Positions 52,635-64,000 of a DNA stretch of 64,000 bases are shown one piece after another. A program made the translations under genes and the position numbers. Origin of the DNA: Camelus ferus (taxonomy: Eukaryota); NCBI RefSeq assembly GCF_009834535.1, contig NC_045697.1, positions 115,446,001 through 115,510,000 of the forward strand. Direction: 5' to 3'. Within the stretch, counting starts at the first letter, position 1. Each line of letters starts with the position of its first letter. Below the pieces are notes generated by a model, which saw only the letters and a list, made by a program, of their open reading frames with translations, was not told where the DNA came from and did no database searches.

Positions 52635-53068
52635 ACCACTACACTGTGTGATAAAATAACCCTAACACACAAGGGTTTAAAGCAATGCAACACTTATTCT
52701 CATGGATGTACTGGGGTGGCTCTGTACCAGCTTGTCCTGGCTGAACTCTGAACATCGCAGATCTGAGAGTTGGCATCTCTTCTACATGCCTTTCTCCCTC
52801 CTTCAACCAGTGGCCTAAGAAAGACATGTTTTTATCCAAGTGATTGCAGTCACAAAAGGAAAGACCCAATCATGGTGACACTTAAAGTCCCTACTTGTGT
52901 CCCATCCAGTAGCTGGTCATCGACCGATGCAAGTTATATGGCAGAATCCTAATTCAAAGTATAAATAAATAGAATCCACTCTTTGTGACATCAACTGCAA
53001 ATTTACAACACAAAGGAAATGCATACAGAGAAAAGTAAAGCATAGGGACCAATAATTCAATCTACAAC
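52635..53068 (-). mobile_element. MaLR MLT1I/J-type LTR
   Basis: aataaccctaacacacaagggtttaaagcaat...caagttatatggcagaatcc...ggaccaataattcaatctacaaca. Confidence 0.7.
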
Positions 53069-53271
53069 ACTGATTCCATCTTAGAAGTGAGCAATTTTTT
53101 AATGGAGAGTGCTGCAAAGCTAGTTTTAAATCCTTTTTGGATTTCATCAACCCAAGAAGTTTCCAAGGTTAAGACGGAATCTCTAAGACATTATTGAAAA
53201 GTAGAAGATTAACTTTACATAAGTTCTGTGTTCAGATCCTAAGAAGATGTTCAGACAGTTCTGTGAAATAT

Positions 53272-53690
53272 TATTTCCATAGTCCGTTCAGACTGCTGTA
53301 ATGAAATAACAGAGACTAGGTAGCTCATAAAAAACAGAAATGTACTTCTTACAGTTATGGTGGCTAGAAGTCCAAGTTCAAGGCACCAGCATGGTCATGT
53401 TCTGGTGAAGATCTTCCTGGCTCATAGCTGGTACCTTCTCACTGGGTTTTCACATGGTAGAAGGGACTAGGGCAGCACTGTGGGGTCTCTTTTAGATGAA
53501 CACTAATCCATTCTTGAAGGTTCCACCCTCCAGACCCAAACATCTCCAAAAGATTCCACCCCTTAACACCGTTAAAACACCATTGAAAACACCACTGAAG
53601 TACAGTCAGTCACAATACATCACTTTCGGGTGGGTTTAGGATTTTGGCATATGAACTTTGAGGGAACACAGACATTCAACTCATAGTGAT
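53272..53690 (-). mobile_element. MaLR MLT1A-type LTR
   Basis: tagtccgttcagactgctgtaatgaaatacagagactaggtagc...ttcttacagttatggtggctagaagtccaagttcaaggcaccagc...cagacattcaactcatag. Confidence 0.88.
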
Positions 53691-54253
53691 TATTTTACAA
53701 ATGTGTCTCAATTTAGAAAACATACGTCAATTTATTAAACATATTCAAATTGCTTCAAGCGTTCATTCATTCATCTATACATGACACAAGTACAATAATA
53801 CTACAGAAATATATAAAAATAAGCCCACTAATTAAAATTGCGTATCCCTAAGTCACCTTCTCTATCTTTTTCAACCACAAGTGGCACCACAATTTAATAT
53901 TACTCTGTTTCCCTAGTGAAATATAATCAGTTAAAAGTTAAGCTACTTGAGACGATTGGCAGGCAGAGGTCTTCCAAACCATTCAGGAGGCATGAATATT
54001 TGGTAAATATACCACAAATGGATTCCAGGTGTATTGAGCTGGAAATCTCATAACATTTTGAAATAATTTTAAAATGCAAATCTTAGTTATTTAGTTTTTC
54101 TAACTTTGTAGTAAATAATCACATGGAGATAGCAGCTTTTTAATAATCTATGTTCTCACTGCCCAGGCAAATTAAAGCCAACAGCGTTTGACCAAGATCA
54201 CAATATGACAGTTTCTGTGTTATCAAACTCTTCCTAAGTTATTAATTATTTCT

Positions 54254-54292
54254 ATACATATATATGTGTGTGTGTGTGTGTGTACGTGTGTA
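54254..54292. repeat. (TA)n(TG)n microsatellite
   Basis: Read directly. Confidence 0.9.
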
Positions 54293-55989
54293 TAGCTCAG
54301 TTTGCTATACATTGAAGAGTTTTCAAAATAAAAATCTATTCCTCAGTACATTTTAAATTATTTTACAGAGAGCGGTAAAAATTCTCCAGGAGCCAACGAT
54401 TGATTCTTTAATCACTCTGCTAGTCCACGAGCATTATTTGATCACCCTGTTGCTCATCTGTGACTATCATTACTAATAGAATTTCCCCAGAATAAAGCAG
54501 ATCCACTTTTCTCATTGACAGCCTTCCACAGATAGAAAAATCTTGTCAAATGTAATGTGTTAAAATTAAAAAAAGAGAATGCGAGACTACGCATAGAGCA
54601 GGTGGTATCTACTCAAGGAGAGAATTCTATTTTTATGCCTCTGATATGCATTTCTCCTTTCCTAAGTGTGACATTGGAGTTTCAGTAGAAGATAAAGTAA
54701 ATGCTAAAAGGGAATAAAAAGTATTTCATGTCAAATCGGCAGTACCAGGCCCCACGTAGCATGCCTTCAATTTTATAATAATTTTCCCCCAGTTTGCAAG
54801 ATTGTCTATTTGCATCTAGCTTTAAGTCAGTGCTTTGATTTTTTAAGAAATCCCTGTGACTCTAGCAGTCACAAAGATACAGTCTTCCCTTAGCTTCTTT
54901 AACCACTCGAATTAGTTGGGATCAAACAGCTTTTGCTTGGGTAGCAAACAACCACAAATCTCAATGGCTTAATACAACCAAAGTTTTTTTTTTTCACTCA
55001 CCAAAGCACAAAAAAGCTTCCCTGAAGAAGCAGGAATGCAGATTGCTTTAACCTTGTGGCTCTGCCCACTCAGAAAGATTATAGTGTTGCATTTACCAAT
55101 TTGATAATCTGGTCTTTCCTATGATATTGACATCAATGTGTTTACAAACTATAAACTCACTGAATTTATAAACAGGAAGCACATTTAACTTTGCCACATA
55201 GGAAATATATTAGCAAGTTTCTGCCCAATGAAAGAAATCATAACTTAGCTTTGATTCCAATCCGAAATTTACTTTTTAGCCAACAAGGTCAAAATCCCTC
55301 CCTTTGGCACTGACCTGCAAAATGTAGTCACAGATACAAAAAACCAAGATTATACAGTTGTGCTACACCAGCAGGAAACCAAGAGATTACCTGTTGAAAT
55401 AGAAGTCAGACAGCCAGGATCTAGTAGAGCACATTGCATGGAGAAAAATCTCTGTAGTCAATTAATAGGTATCATTTTTTAAAAATACAAATTAAAAATA
55501 AATAAGTAAATAAAGATTAATGAATATGTTAAGTGAAGGAAGAAGCCCTTAAAAGGAAAAAAAATCAACCTCCTTATAGAAAAATGTGGAGTAGTTTTCC
55601 CTAGTTCCCAAAAAAGGCACAAATCCTTGTGTTAGTGTCTGTTAGAGTGTGGGGTACTGAGGTCAACTGAATATCATGTTTACACTTATCATATCTGGTA
55701 TAGACTCAGTCTATCTCAACACATGCCTGTCTGTTCTTATTCACATTCATCGGATCCAAATTTAAAGAACTCAATCTGTCATTGTTATGAACAAATGTTT
55801 TATCTTAAGATTGAATAAATAGGGATGAGAGTAGGAAAGGAGATGCCCAGAAATTTTTATGGAATGTTATCTTAGCTAGGCTATTTTCTCATAGGTTTAT
55901 TGCATGTTACTTTCACCTGGATTTTCTGCAATTTTTCACATGTAGGTACTGTTTCATATCTCCTTTTGGATTTTGCTTATTACTTAACT

Positions 55990-56565
55990 CCAAATTTTTA
56001 AGTGACCCTCAGGCTGAGCCTTGAGTCTGTTGAATCTCTTCTTTTTTTTCTCCCATTTGACTTTCCCAACATTGTAATCTCTCCTGTTTCCTGGCTTTAA
56101 CATCTATATGACAATATATCTCCTTCCTACGCCTCTTGTCTTAATTCTGGAAATCTATACCTCCTTCCTATGCCTCTTGTATTAATTCTGGACTCAAATG
56201 TCTAATGGCTTACCAGATAACTACTTCAGTAATCAAAAAGATCTCACATTTAATGTGTTCAAATTTGCAATACAGATTTCCACTCCATCCCCAAACTGTT
56301 CTGTGTCTTCTACTCCTGAGCAAATGGCAAGCCAATCCCTCCAGTTTATACTGCCAAACAAACCTTGGAGGCATACTTTTTCTGACAATCCACATTCAAT
56401 TCAAACTCACCTTTCAAAACAGGTTCAGATTCTGACTCCCCTCAGGACCACCAAGGCTAGTATCCCAGTCTAAAGCATCTGTATTCTTATTCTAATCTAA
56501 GTGATTGCAACTGCCTTCTAATGTGCACACCCAACACCATGCCTGGTGTACAGTTAATACCTTTT
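55990..56565 (+). mobile_element. L2 fragment containing a ~41-bp tandem duplication (56113-56192)
   Basis: L2 text ggctttaacatctatatgac...tctcacatttaatgtgttcaaa...ccaaacaaaccttggag; ctccttcctaYgcctcttgtMttaattctgga occurs twice. Confidence 0.65.
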
Positions 56566-57010
56566 TGCTACCGATTATTCATAGCTTCTTTTTTGTTTTT
56601 CTATTTTCTCCATTGATTTCATCTGTGAGTTCTTTGTTCTTTGGACTCTCTCATATTAATATTCATAGACCACTGGTCCTTTTAATTAGAACCAAGGCAG
56701 TATGGTAGTTTTAGACATCACTGATTTCATAGCAACACATTAAAAAAAGAGTATGCCAACAAAGCTAAAATTATGTCTTGCACATCTGCTCACTATAGAT
56801 TATATCATATTTGTTTCCCAACAAAAGGTGATGTTAGAAAACGTCCAACTGTGTTTTTCATAGATTACAAACAAACTTGCTGCTAAATCATCGACAAACA
56901 ATTTGTGCTCTTCATGAATTAATAGTACCATCTGTAAAATGAAAATCATTTTTAAATCTACCTGAAAAATCAATGAAATCAACAGCAAAAATCGTTACTT
57001 GTCACTTTAC

Positions 57011-57070
57011 CTGAAAATCTTGGCATATTGACATTTCTGATGTGCTCAAATATGAACTGTAAATTTTTCA
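57011..57070 (-). other. Candidate exon (60 nt)
   Basis: Acceptor gctttttttttccctgacAG and donor CAG|GTAAAG. One frame is open (KNLQFIFEHIRNVNMPRFS). Confidence 0.35.
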
Positions 57071-57743
57071 CTGTCAGGGAAAAAAAAAGCCCTCTCTCCC
57101 AAATTATCAAGAATTTTGAAGTTTACCAAAGAGGGGTATTTTATAAGTCAATGCATTTTATCTTTAATATAAAAATTCACATTTTAGATTGTTTGCTATG
57201 AGCCTTTTGTGACTCAACACTGTTAATATTGGAGTTAAGAAGGAAATCCTCAATTAATCCAAACAGGTAGATGATCTTTTGGTGGCAGAGAGGAGGCAGC
57301 TGAATTTTCATTTGTAAAGGGAACATGAGAAACAATAATTCTACACATAAAGATACAGAACCTAGAGCAACTGGAAAATAGTATAATAATGATAATTCAT
57401 CATTTATTGTATAACAGCTCTGTACCTTAAAGCTTGACAAATTATTATCAAGATGTCATCCAATTCTTACAACAGAATTTGAGTGTACATCTATTTAACT
57501 CCACAGCCAGTATTCTTAACAACTGAACTATATTCACTCTAGAAATAATTTAATGTATAAATATCTATTTTATAATCTTCCCAATAACTCTATAAAGTAT
57601 TTAAGCATTTTGAACATAAAGAAACTGAGATCTACAGGAGTAAATGAATATTCCAATTTCACAGCGTAAGTGAAAGGTCTCCGTAACGCCAATGTCCAGG
57701 CTCAGAGTCCATCTTACCAAAAGTTAAAAAACAGGAAGTATCT

Positions 57744-60700
57744 GGAAGCTGAAAAATTAGTAAGACAGCAGAATAACAGTTTTCTACCATTTGCCCCACA
57801 AAGAACACCAATTTTGACAATTGCCTAGGGGGGAAAGTAATTTTGTGGACGTCTAAGAGTCCAGTGGAGAATTTCCAACACACCATTGGAATGAAAACAT
57901 TCCATATTCTATGCACCCAAGAGGGTAAGAGGAAGAGTTTCATTTTCCTTGCATCACCTAGCTCCCAGCCTAGTGCCTCATCTCTGCCACTAAAGACTAT
58001 CTCCCCACTTGAACTAACTAAGGATTTTATTCTGGACTCCAATATTAACACTGTTGAGTTCTAAAAGTTCACACTAAGCAATTCAAAATGCAAATTTTAT
58101 ATCAAAGATAAAACTTATTTGACTTAAAATAACTTGTGCAAAAAAGGAACGTCTTGCCTGCGATTTTGCCCACATGGTAAAATGAGAGCATGCAGGTGAC
58201 AGCCCAGCTTCCTCAGCTATGCAGGATGCTGCCCCAAAGGCCCCCTTTTTTGTTTCCCCATCTGAAATACTGAGATGAGCTGCACGACCCCGGGTGGGAA
58301 AGGGCTGGGATAACAGTAGCCAGAGCTCTAAGAGAGCATCAAGGATGTGTATCTTGATAACTACTTCATGGAGTTCATCAAGAAGCTTGCTCATAAAGCT
58401 CTGGGGACGCTTCACCTTCAGATCCCCTGGCATTAGCCCATGGGCACCCCCAACATGCCACATCACTCACCCACACACCTCGTAACATGTGGCCAGCTCC
58501 CTGTGCAAGGAGTCTATGCAAGTTCCAAGCCTTTGCAGACAGGTAGTTACTATGCACATAAAGCCAGCCCCACTTTGTGGGACTGAGAGCAAGCACACAA
58601 ACTTAAGTATTAGTACCACTCCAGAGAAAAGCAAATGGGAGACTGTCAGTATCTCCCCTGACTTTACAAGATCTAGAAAGTCATGCAAATTTAATAATTC
58701 AGGCAAACCCATGGAAAAGATCTAGAAAGCCTCAGAATTCCCAGTAATGCTAACAAGTTTTTCTCTCCCGAAGCCTATCTAGTAAATATTAGAGGAGGTG
58801 ATTATTTCTTTAAATACAAAGACAGCAACACAAGACTTCCAAACATACGATAAATCAAAGACACATGACACCACCAAAGGAACACAATAATTGTCCAGTA
58901 ATCAACACCCCCAAAAAATGGATATCTGTGATTTGCTTGATAAAAATTAAAAATAGTTGTTTAAAGGGAAGGCCATGGGCTATGAGACAAATACAGAAAG
59001 AAATCTGACAAAATCAGAAAAACATACAAAAACCAAACAAAAATTTAATGGATAGATAGAAATCATAAAAAGAACCAAACAAATTCTGAAGGTGAAGAAT
59101 ACAATGAATGAAATGAAACATGCAATAGAGAGCATTAACAACAGACTTGATCAAGCAGGAGAAACAATTCATGAACTCAAAAGCAGGTCACTTGAAATTA
59201 TCCAGTCAGAGGAGAAAATAACAACAACAACAAAAGAATAAACAAGAGTGAAAAAAAACTATGTAAAATTTGAGATGACATTAAGCAAAATAATTTACAC
59301 ATTATTAAAGTTCCCCAAAGAGAAGAGAGGTAGAAAGGACTAAAATCTTATCAAAGATATAATGTCTGAGAACTTCCCAAATATGAGGAAGAACTGGAAC
59401 TTTCAAGTTCATGAAGCTCACAGGTACTCAAATAATTTCAGCCCAAGGAAATTTTCTTCAAAACATAATATAATGAAACTTTTAAATCAAAGACAGAGAG
59501 AGAAATTTAAAAACAGCAAGAATAAAACATTCCTCATGTAGAAGGAAATCCCCCATAAGGCTGTCAGCAGATTTCTGAGTAGAAAACTTGTAGGTCAGGA
59601 AAGAATGGAATTATACACTCAAACTACAGGGGAAAAAATGACAACTAAGAATGCTTTACTACACAAAGCTGTACTTCAGAAATGTAAGCGAGAAAAAGAC
59701 TTTCTCAGACAAACAAAAGCTGAGGACATTCAACACCTCCAGACTTGACTTACAAGCAATACTGAAAAGGAGTTTTTCAAACTAAAGACAAAGGGTATTA
59801 AATTAATAACACAAAAACATGAAAGAGTGAAAAACACTGATAAAAGTGAGTATATAGTCAAATTTAGAATAATCTGCAATGTAACATGGTGTTGTATTAT
59901 AGTATACTGTAGTATAAAGGTTAAATAACTAAAGTATTAAATATAGCCCCATAATTTGGAGATGAATACACAATATAAAAAAACCATAAACTGTAACATC
60001 AAGATTTACAATACTAACTACTAAATATAAAGTATATAAACAACAAGTTTATACTGTATAGCAAAAGAACTATATTCAATATCTTGTATAACCTATAATG
60101 ACAAAGAATATGAAAACAAATATAAGTATATATATGTATGACTGAACTATTAGGCTGTACACCAGAAATTGACACAACATTGTAAACTGACTATATTCTA
60201 ATTTAAAAAAAAAAAAAACATGGAATGTTTGTATGTAGAGGGGAAGTGAAAGGGTAGATTTTGTATTTGATCAAAGTTAAGTTTTTGTCAACTTAAAATA
60301 GACTGTTATAACTGCAAGATGTTTTATGTAAGCCTCATGGTAACCACAATACAAAAACCTACAGTAAATACACAAAAGATAAGGAGGAGACAAGCAAAGC
60401 ATAACATTCTGGAAAATCATTAATTCACAAAGGAAGACAACAAGAGAGGAAGAAAAGAGAAAAAGACTGCAAAACAGCCAGAAAGCAATTAATGAGATGG
60501 CATTAAGTACTTTCCTATCAATAACTATGTTCAGTGTAAATAGATTAAATTTTCCAATCAAAACACATAGAGAGGCTGAAAGAATAAAAACACAAGAGCC
60601 AACTATATATATGTTGCCTACAAGAGATTCAATTCAGAATTAGGGACAATGAAAGTGAAGGGACGGAAAAATCCACATGCCAGAGAATGAAACTGGACCC

Positions 60701-62013
60701 CTTTCTTACACCATACATAAAAATCAACTCAAAATTAATCAAAGATGTGAACATAACAACTGAGACCATGAAATTCCTAGAAGAAACCATCGGCGGCATG
60801 ATCCTTGATGTTGGTCTTGACAATGACTATTTGGAATGAATACCAAAAGCAAGGGCAACAAAAGCAAAAATAAACAAGCGGGACTACATTAAACTAAAAA
60901 GCTTCTGCACAGCAAATGAAACCATGAACTAAATTAAAAGACAACCTATGGAATGGAAGAAAATATTTGCAAATAAGGTATCCAAGAGGTTAATATCTGA
61001 AATATTTGAAGAACCTATCCAACTCAATAGCTGGAATTCAACTGATTTAAAAAATGGGCAATGGATTTGAATAAATATTTTTCCAAGGACATCCAAATGG
61101 TAAAACGGTAAATGAAAAGGTTATCGACATTACTAATCACCATGGAAGTGCAAATCACCTCAGATCTGTTAGATGGTCTTATAAAAGAAACAAAAAGTAA
61201 CAAATGGTGGGGAGAATGTTTAGAAAAGGGAACCCTTGGGCACTGTTTGAGGGCATATAAACTGCTATAGCTGTTTAGAAAACAGTATGGTAATTCCTCA
61301 AAAACTTAAAATTAGAACTACCATATGATCCAGCAATTCCACTCCTGAATTTGTAAACAAAATTAGTACCTTCTGAAGAGATATCTGCTCCCCCATGCTC
61401 GCTGTAACATTATTCAGAATAGCCAAGTTACAGAACAAGCTAGGTGTCTATCAGTGGATGAATGGATAAAGAAGATGTGACGTAGACATACGTACATACA
61501 AAATGGTATATTATTCAGCCATGAGAAAGAAGGAGTTCCTGCCATTTGCCATAATATAAATGAAACTAGAAGACATTGTGCTCAGTGAAATACACAAGAC
61601 AGAGAAAGACAAATAACCTCACTCACATGTGAAATCTAAATTAAAAAAAACATCAAACTCATAGAAATAGAGTAGAATGGTGGATTTGGGGGTGGGTGGA
61701 GGAGAGGACAGCAGATGCTGGTCAAACAGTTAAAGCCTTCAGTTATAAAGTGAGTACGTGCTGGCTATCTAACATGCAGCATGGTGACTATAGTTAATAA
61801 CATAAATTATATGCTTGAAATTTGCTAAGAGGGTAGGTCTTAAGTGTCCTTACCACAAGAAAAAAAGTAAGTATATAAGGTGATGGATGTGTTAATTAAC
61901 CTGATAGTGGTAACAATTTCACAAAGTATACTTATATCAAATCATCACGTTATACACTTTAAATATATTCAATTCTACTTGTCAATTATATCTCAAGAAG
62001 GCTGGAGAGGAAT
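57744..62013 (+). mobile_element. Old L1 (L1MA/L1MB-like) with 5'UTR, ORF1 and 3' end but a large internal ORF2 deletion
   Basis: 5'UTR-like text from about 57750, decayed ORF1 from atgacaccaccaaaggaacacaataat (about 58865), ORF2 start at about 60498, and a 3'UTR ending gtcaattatatctcaagaaggctgga. Degenerate TSD-like flanks aaaaacaggaagtatct and aaaagaagaggtatct. Confidence 0.85.
60003..60218 (+). mobile_element. Young L1 3' end nested in the older L1
   Basis: gctgtacaccagaaattgacacaacattgtaaactgactata followed by poly(A). Confidence 0.9.
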
Positions 62014-62279
62014 TAAAAGAAGAGGTATCTGAAATAATTCTGAAAGTTGGAGTGAAGGGCTGGGGTCTGTTACATGAATCTAGGATGTAATGTAACCTTG
62101 TCTCTTAAAAGTTAGAATAAGAAAATATTAAAAGTGCTCTTTCTTTGACACATAAATGGCCCATGCCCAAGACAGTGAGGGAGAAAAGCATTTCTGGTGA
62201 AGGAGACACAGACTCACAGAGAGCATCTCTTACAAATCACTCATTATACCTATAAGTAGTTTTGTACTAAAAATGTTCA

Positions 62280-63445
62280 TTAGCAACCAATGTCCAATCA
62301 GGAAAGTAGACATCATTCAAAGTATTTCAGACCGAGTGAATATTTAATTTAAAGTCTTGTTATGTAGATGTTACCAAGGCTGAAAGAGAAAACCAGAAGC
62401 TGGGTTGTATCAGGCGTCCCAGAGACCATGCTAAGGAATGACAATTCACCACCACAATTCACAGGACTCAGGAGAGCTGTTGCTCTCTGGGTGACAATTT
62501 ATTACAGTAGACAAATCCTGATTAAAATTACCAAAGGGAAAAGATGAAGCGAAGTCCAGAAGGAAGCAGGCACGAGTTTCCAAATGTCCTCGCCCACTGA
62601 AATCGCATGAACACACTTCGTCCTCCCAGTAGTGAAGCGTGACCACATATGCAAAGGGTTGTTAACCAAGGTAGCTCACCAAGCCCTGGTGTACAGGGCT
62701 TTTCAGGGAGCCAGGTGGGCAGACATGCAGTGACTGACCTCAGCTGCTCAGACTCTAACACACCAGCGCACAAGTAGGCATTTGCTGTAAGTCACATTAC
62801 TAGCATCGAGTATCTAATCAAAGTCTTGTAGCCTCAGACATACAAAAATAAGTGTTTACCCTGAATCACGTCATTAGTATCAACTATCTGATCAAACAGT
62901 TACCTCATGTTCCAAGGCCTCCGACATGCAAAAATACTCTTATCTGTTAGAATATGCCAAGGGCTCAGAACTCATCTCCAAGGGAGCCAAGGGCAGATCC
63001 TGGGAATGTGTGGGGTTTGAACAACTCAGGCCTGCTGAGTTAATCCTCTTCTGCATGTGGGGTAAGCCAGATGCAGTGATCACAGAAGGCAGCAGCTTCT
63101 ACCTCCAGTGCTGGAGGCTCACCCTCTACGTTGCTGGTGCTTGGACAGATTAGGGGGCAGGGTGGGGGTGGGAATGTGAAGTCGAGCTTGGAACCAATGA
63201 AGGATATGTGAGTGCCTGGTCTTGGCCTCCCCGAGGGGCTGCAGCACAGTGCCCCCCCAAAGTGACACGTGGAGCTGCAAGTGGCTTCTTGCCGGAGCAG
63301 CACTATTAAGAATGGAAAATAAGAAGTGTCTTCTCTGCTCCTCCCACTTTCCCATTTCCCTCTAATGATCGCCTTACATTTTTTTCGCTCGAGTTCCTGC
63401 CAAACGGGTCAAATGTAGTGTGCAGACTCCTGCTCCAGCATCAGT
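62280..63445 (-). mobile_element. Old ERVL-type LTR (LTR33-like) split by MER21
   Basis: gtccaatcaggaaagtagacatcattcaaagtatttc...ttgttatgtagatg before 62406, and aaatgtagtgtgcagactcctgctccagc after 63057. Confidence 0.45.
62406..63057 (-). mobile_element. MER21-type LTR
   Basis: tgtatcaggcgtcccagagacc...cacaggactcagg...ggaagcaggcacgagtttccaa...ggtttgaacaactcaggcctgctgagttaatcctcttctgca. Near 5-bp TSD TGGGT/TGGGG. Confidence 0.85.
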
Positions 63446-64000
63446 AAATAACCATCACACTAACCTAGAGAAAACTACTAGTTAACAACAGGAGCCCCAT
63501 GACTTAAAAAAAAATGTCTTACTTCTACAAAACTGGTCTTTCCATCCTATCTTGACAGCAAAGTTGATGAGAAGTGGTTAGGCAGACAGTGTGGCTTGGA
63601 CCACCAAAAGGGTAAAACCTTCAGTTTTTATAGGAAAGGAGCTTTAAAATCAGATTTCCTAATACAATTAAAAGTTCAGACCAAATATTAGAAACCTTGG
63701 ATTCTTATCAACTCTCTCTATGAGCTCAGTTAACTCACAGTTACCCCTGGTTTCAGAATCCTTATTTGTGAAGCAGATCATAAGAAATGGAAGTTTTGAA
63801 ATGTCTGAACTCTGAAATAACCCACGCAGGACTAGGAGACTCAATCTGGTAAACTGGCAATGCATTGAATTTGTATTCTTTTAAACTGTTTTCATTTTGC
63901 CTTCATAAGGGCATTCTAAGGAAAATTCAATTAGTCTTCACACTGCAGGTGGAAACTAGGGGGCAGACAGATCGGGAAAGTACCACCTGCTCAATATAAC

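Noticed and set aside
56800..56961. Exon directly downstream of the 57011 donor
   Set aside because: The implied intron is only about 49 nt, too short for a mammalian intron, and no clear donor follows.
234..63865. The supplied short ORFs as protein-coding genes
   Set aside because: All are 60-130 aa, and many overlap microsatellites or TEs or start at non-ATG codons. The only recognisable ones are decayed L1 ORF2 pieces (e.g. 23592-23858, 40688-40879, 42091-42327).
1..64000. CRISPR array, prokaryotic operon or defence system, CpG-island promoter, non-retroviral endogenous viral ORF
   Set aside because: The DNA is CpG-depleted mammalian sequence with no spaced direct-repeat array, no long ORF and no CpG-rich segment.

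Overview
This is an AT-rich, repeat-dense mammalian genomic window, most likely camelid (alpaca/llama/camel). That call rests on two tRNA-derived SINEs of the camelid Vic-1 type, lineage-specific young L1 3' ends, and no recognisable Alu, Bov-A/Bov-B or PRE-1. I find no intact protein-coding gene, rRNA, true tRNA or CRISPR array. The supplied ORFs are chance ORFs or decayed L1 ORF1/ORF2 pieces. Much of the window is transposon-derived: young and old L1, L2, MIR, MaLR (including a two-LTR MLT1 provirus), several ERV1 solo LTRs with 4-bp TSDs, MER21, Tigger1 and hAT/Charlie MITEs. The most interesting observations are: (i) a series of minus-strand exon-like segments with canonical splice sites, possibly a decayed unitary gene or lncRNA; (ii) a 5'-inverted L1 carrying a 3' transduction, and a second likely transduction; (iii) an mRNA 3'-UTR retrocopy (probably EIF4B) captured inside an old L1; (iv) a locally templated insertion; and (v) a perfect 50-bp palindrome. 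Repeat subfamily names are recognised from memory, not from a database search, and old-repeat boundaries are approximate. I cannot support a novel biological system from the sequence alone.
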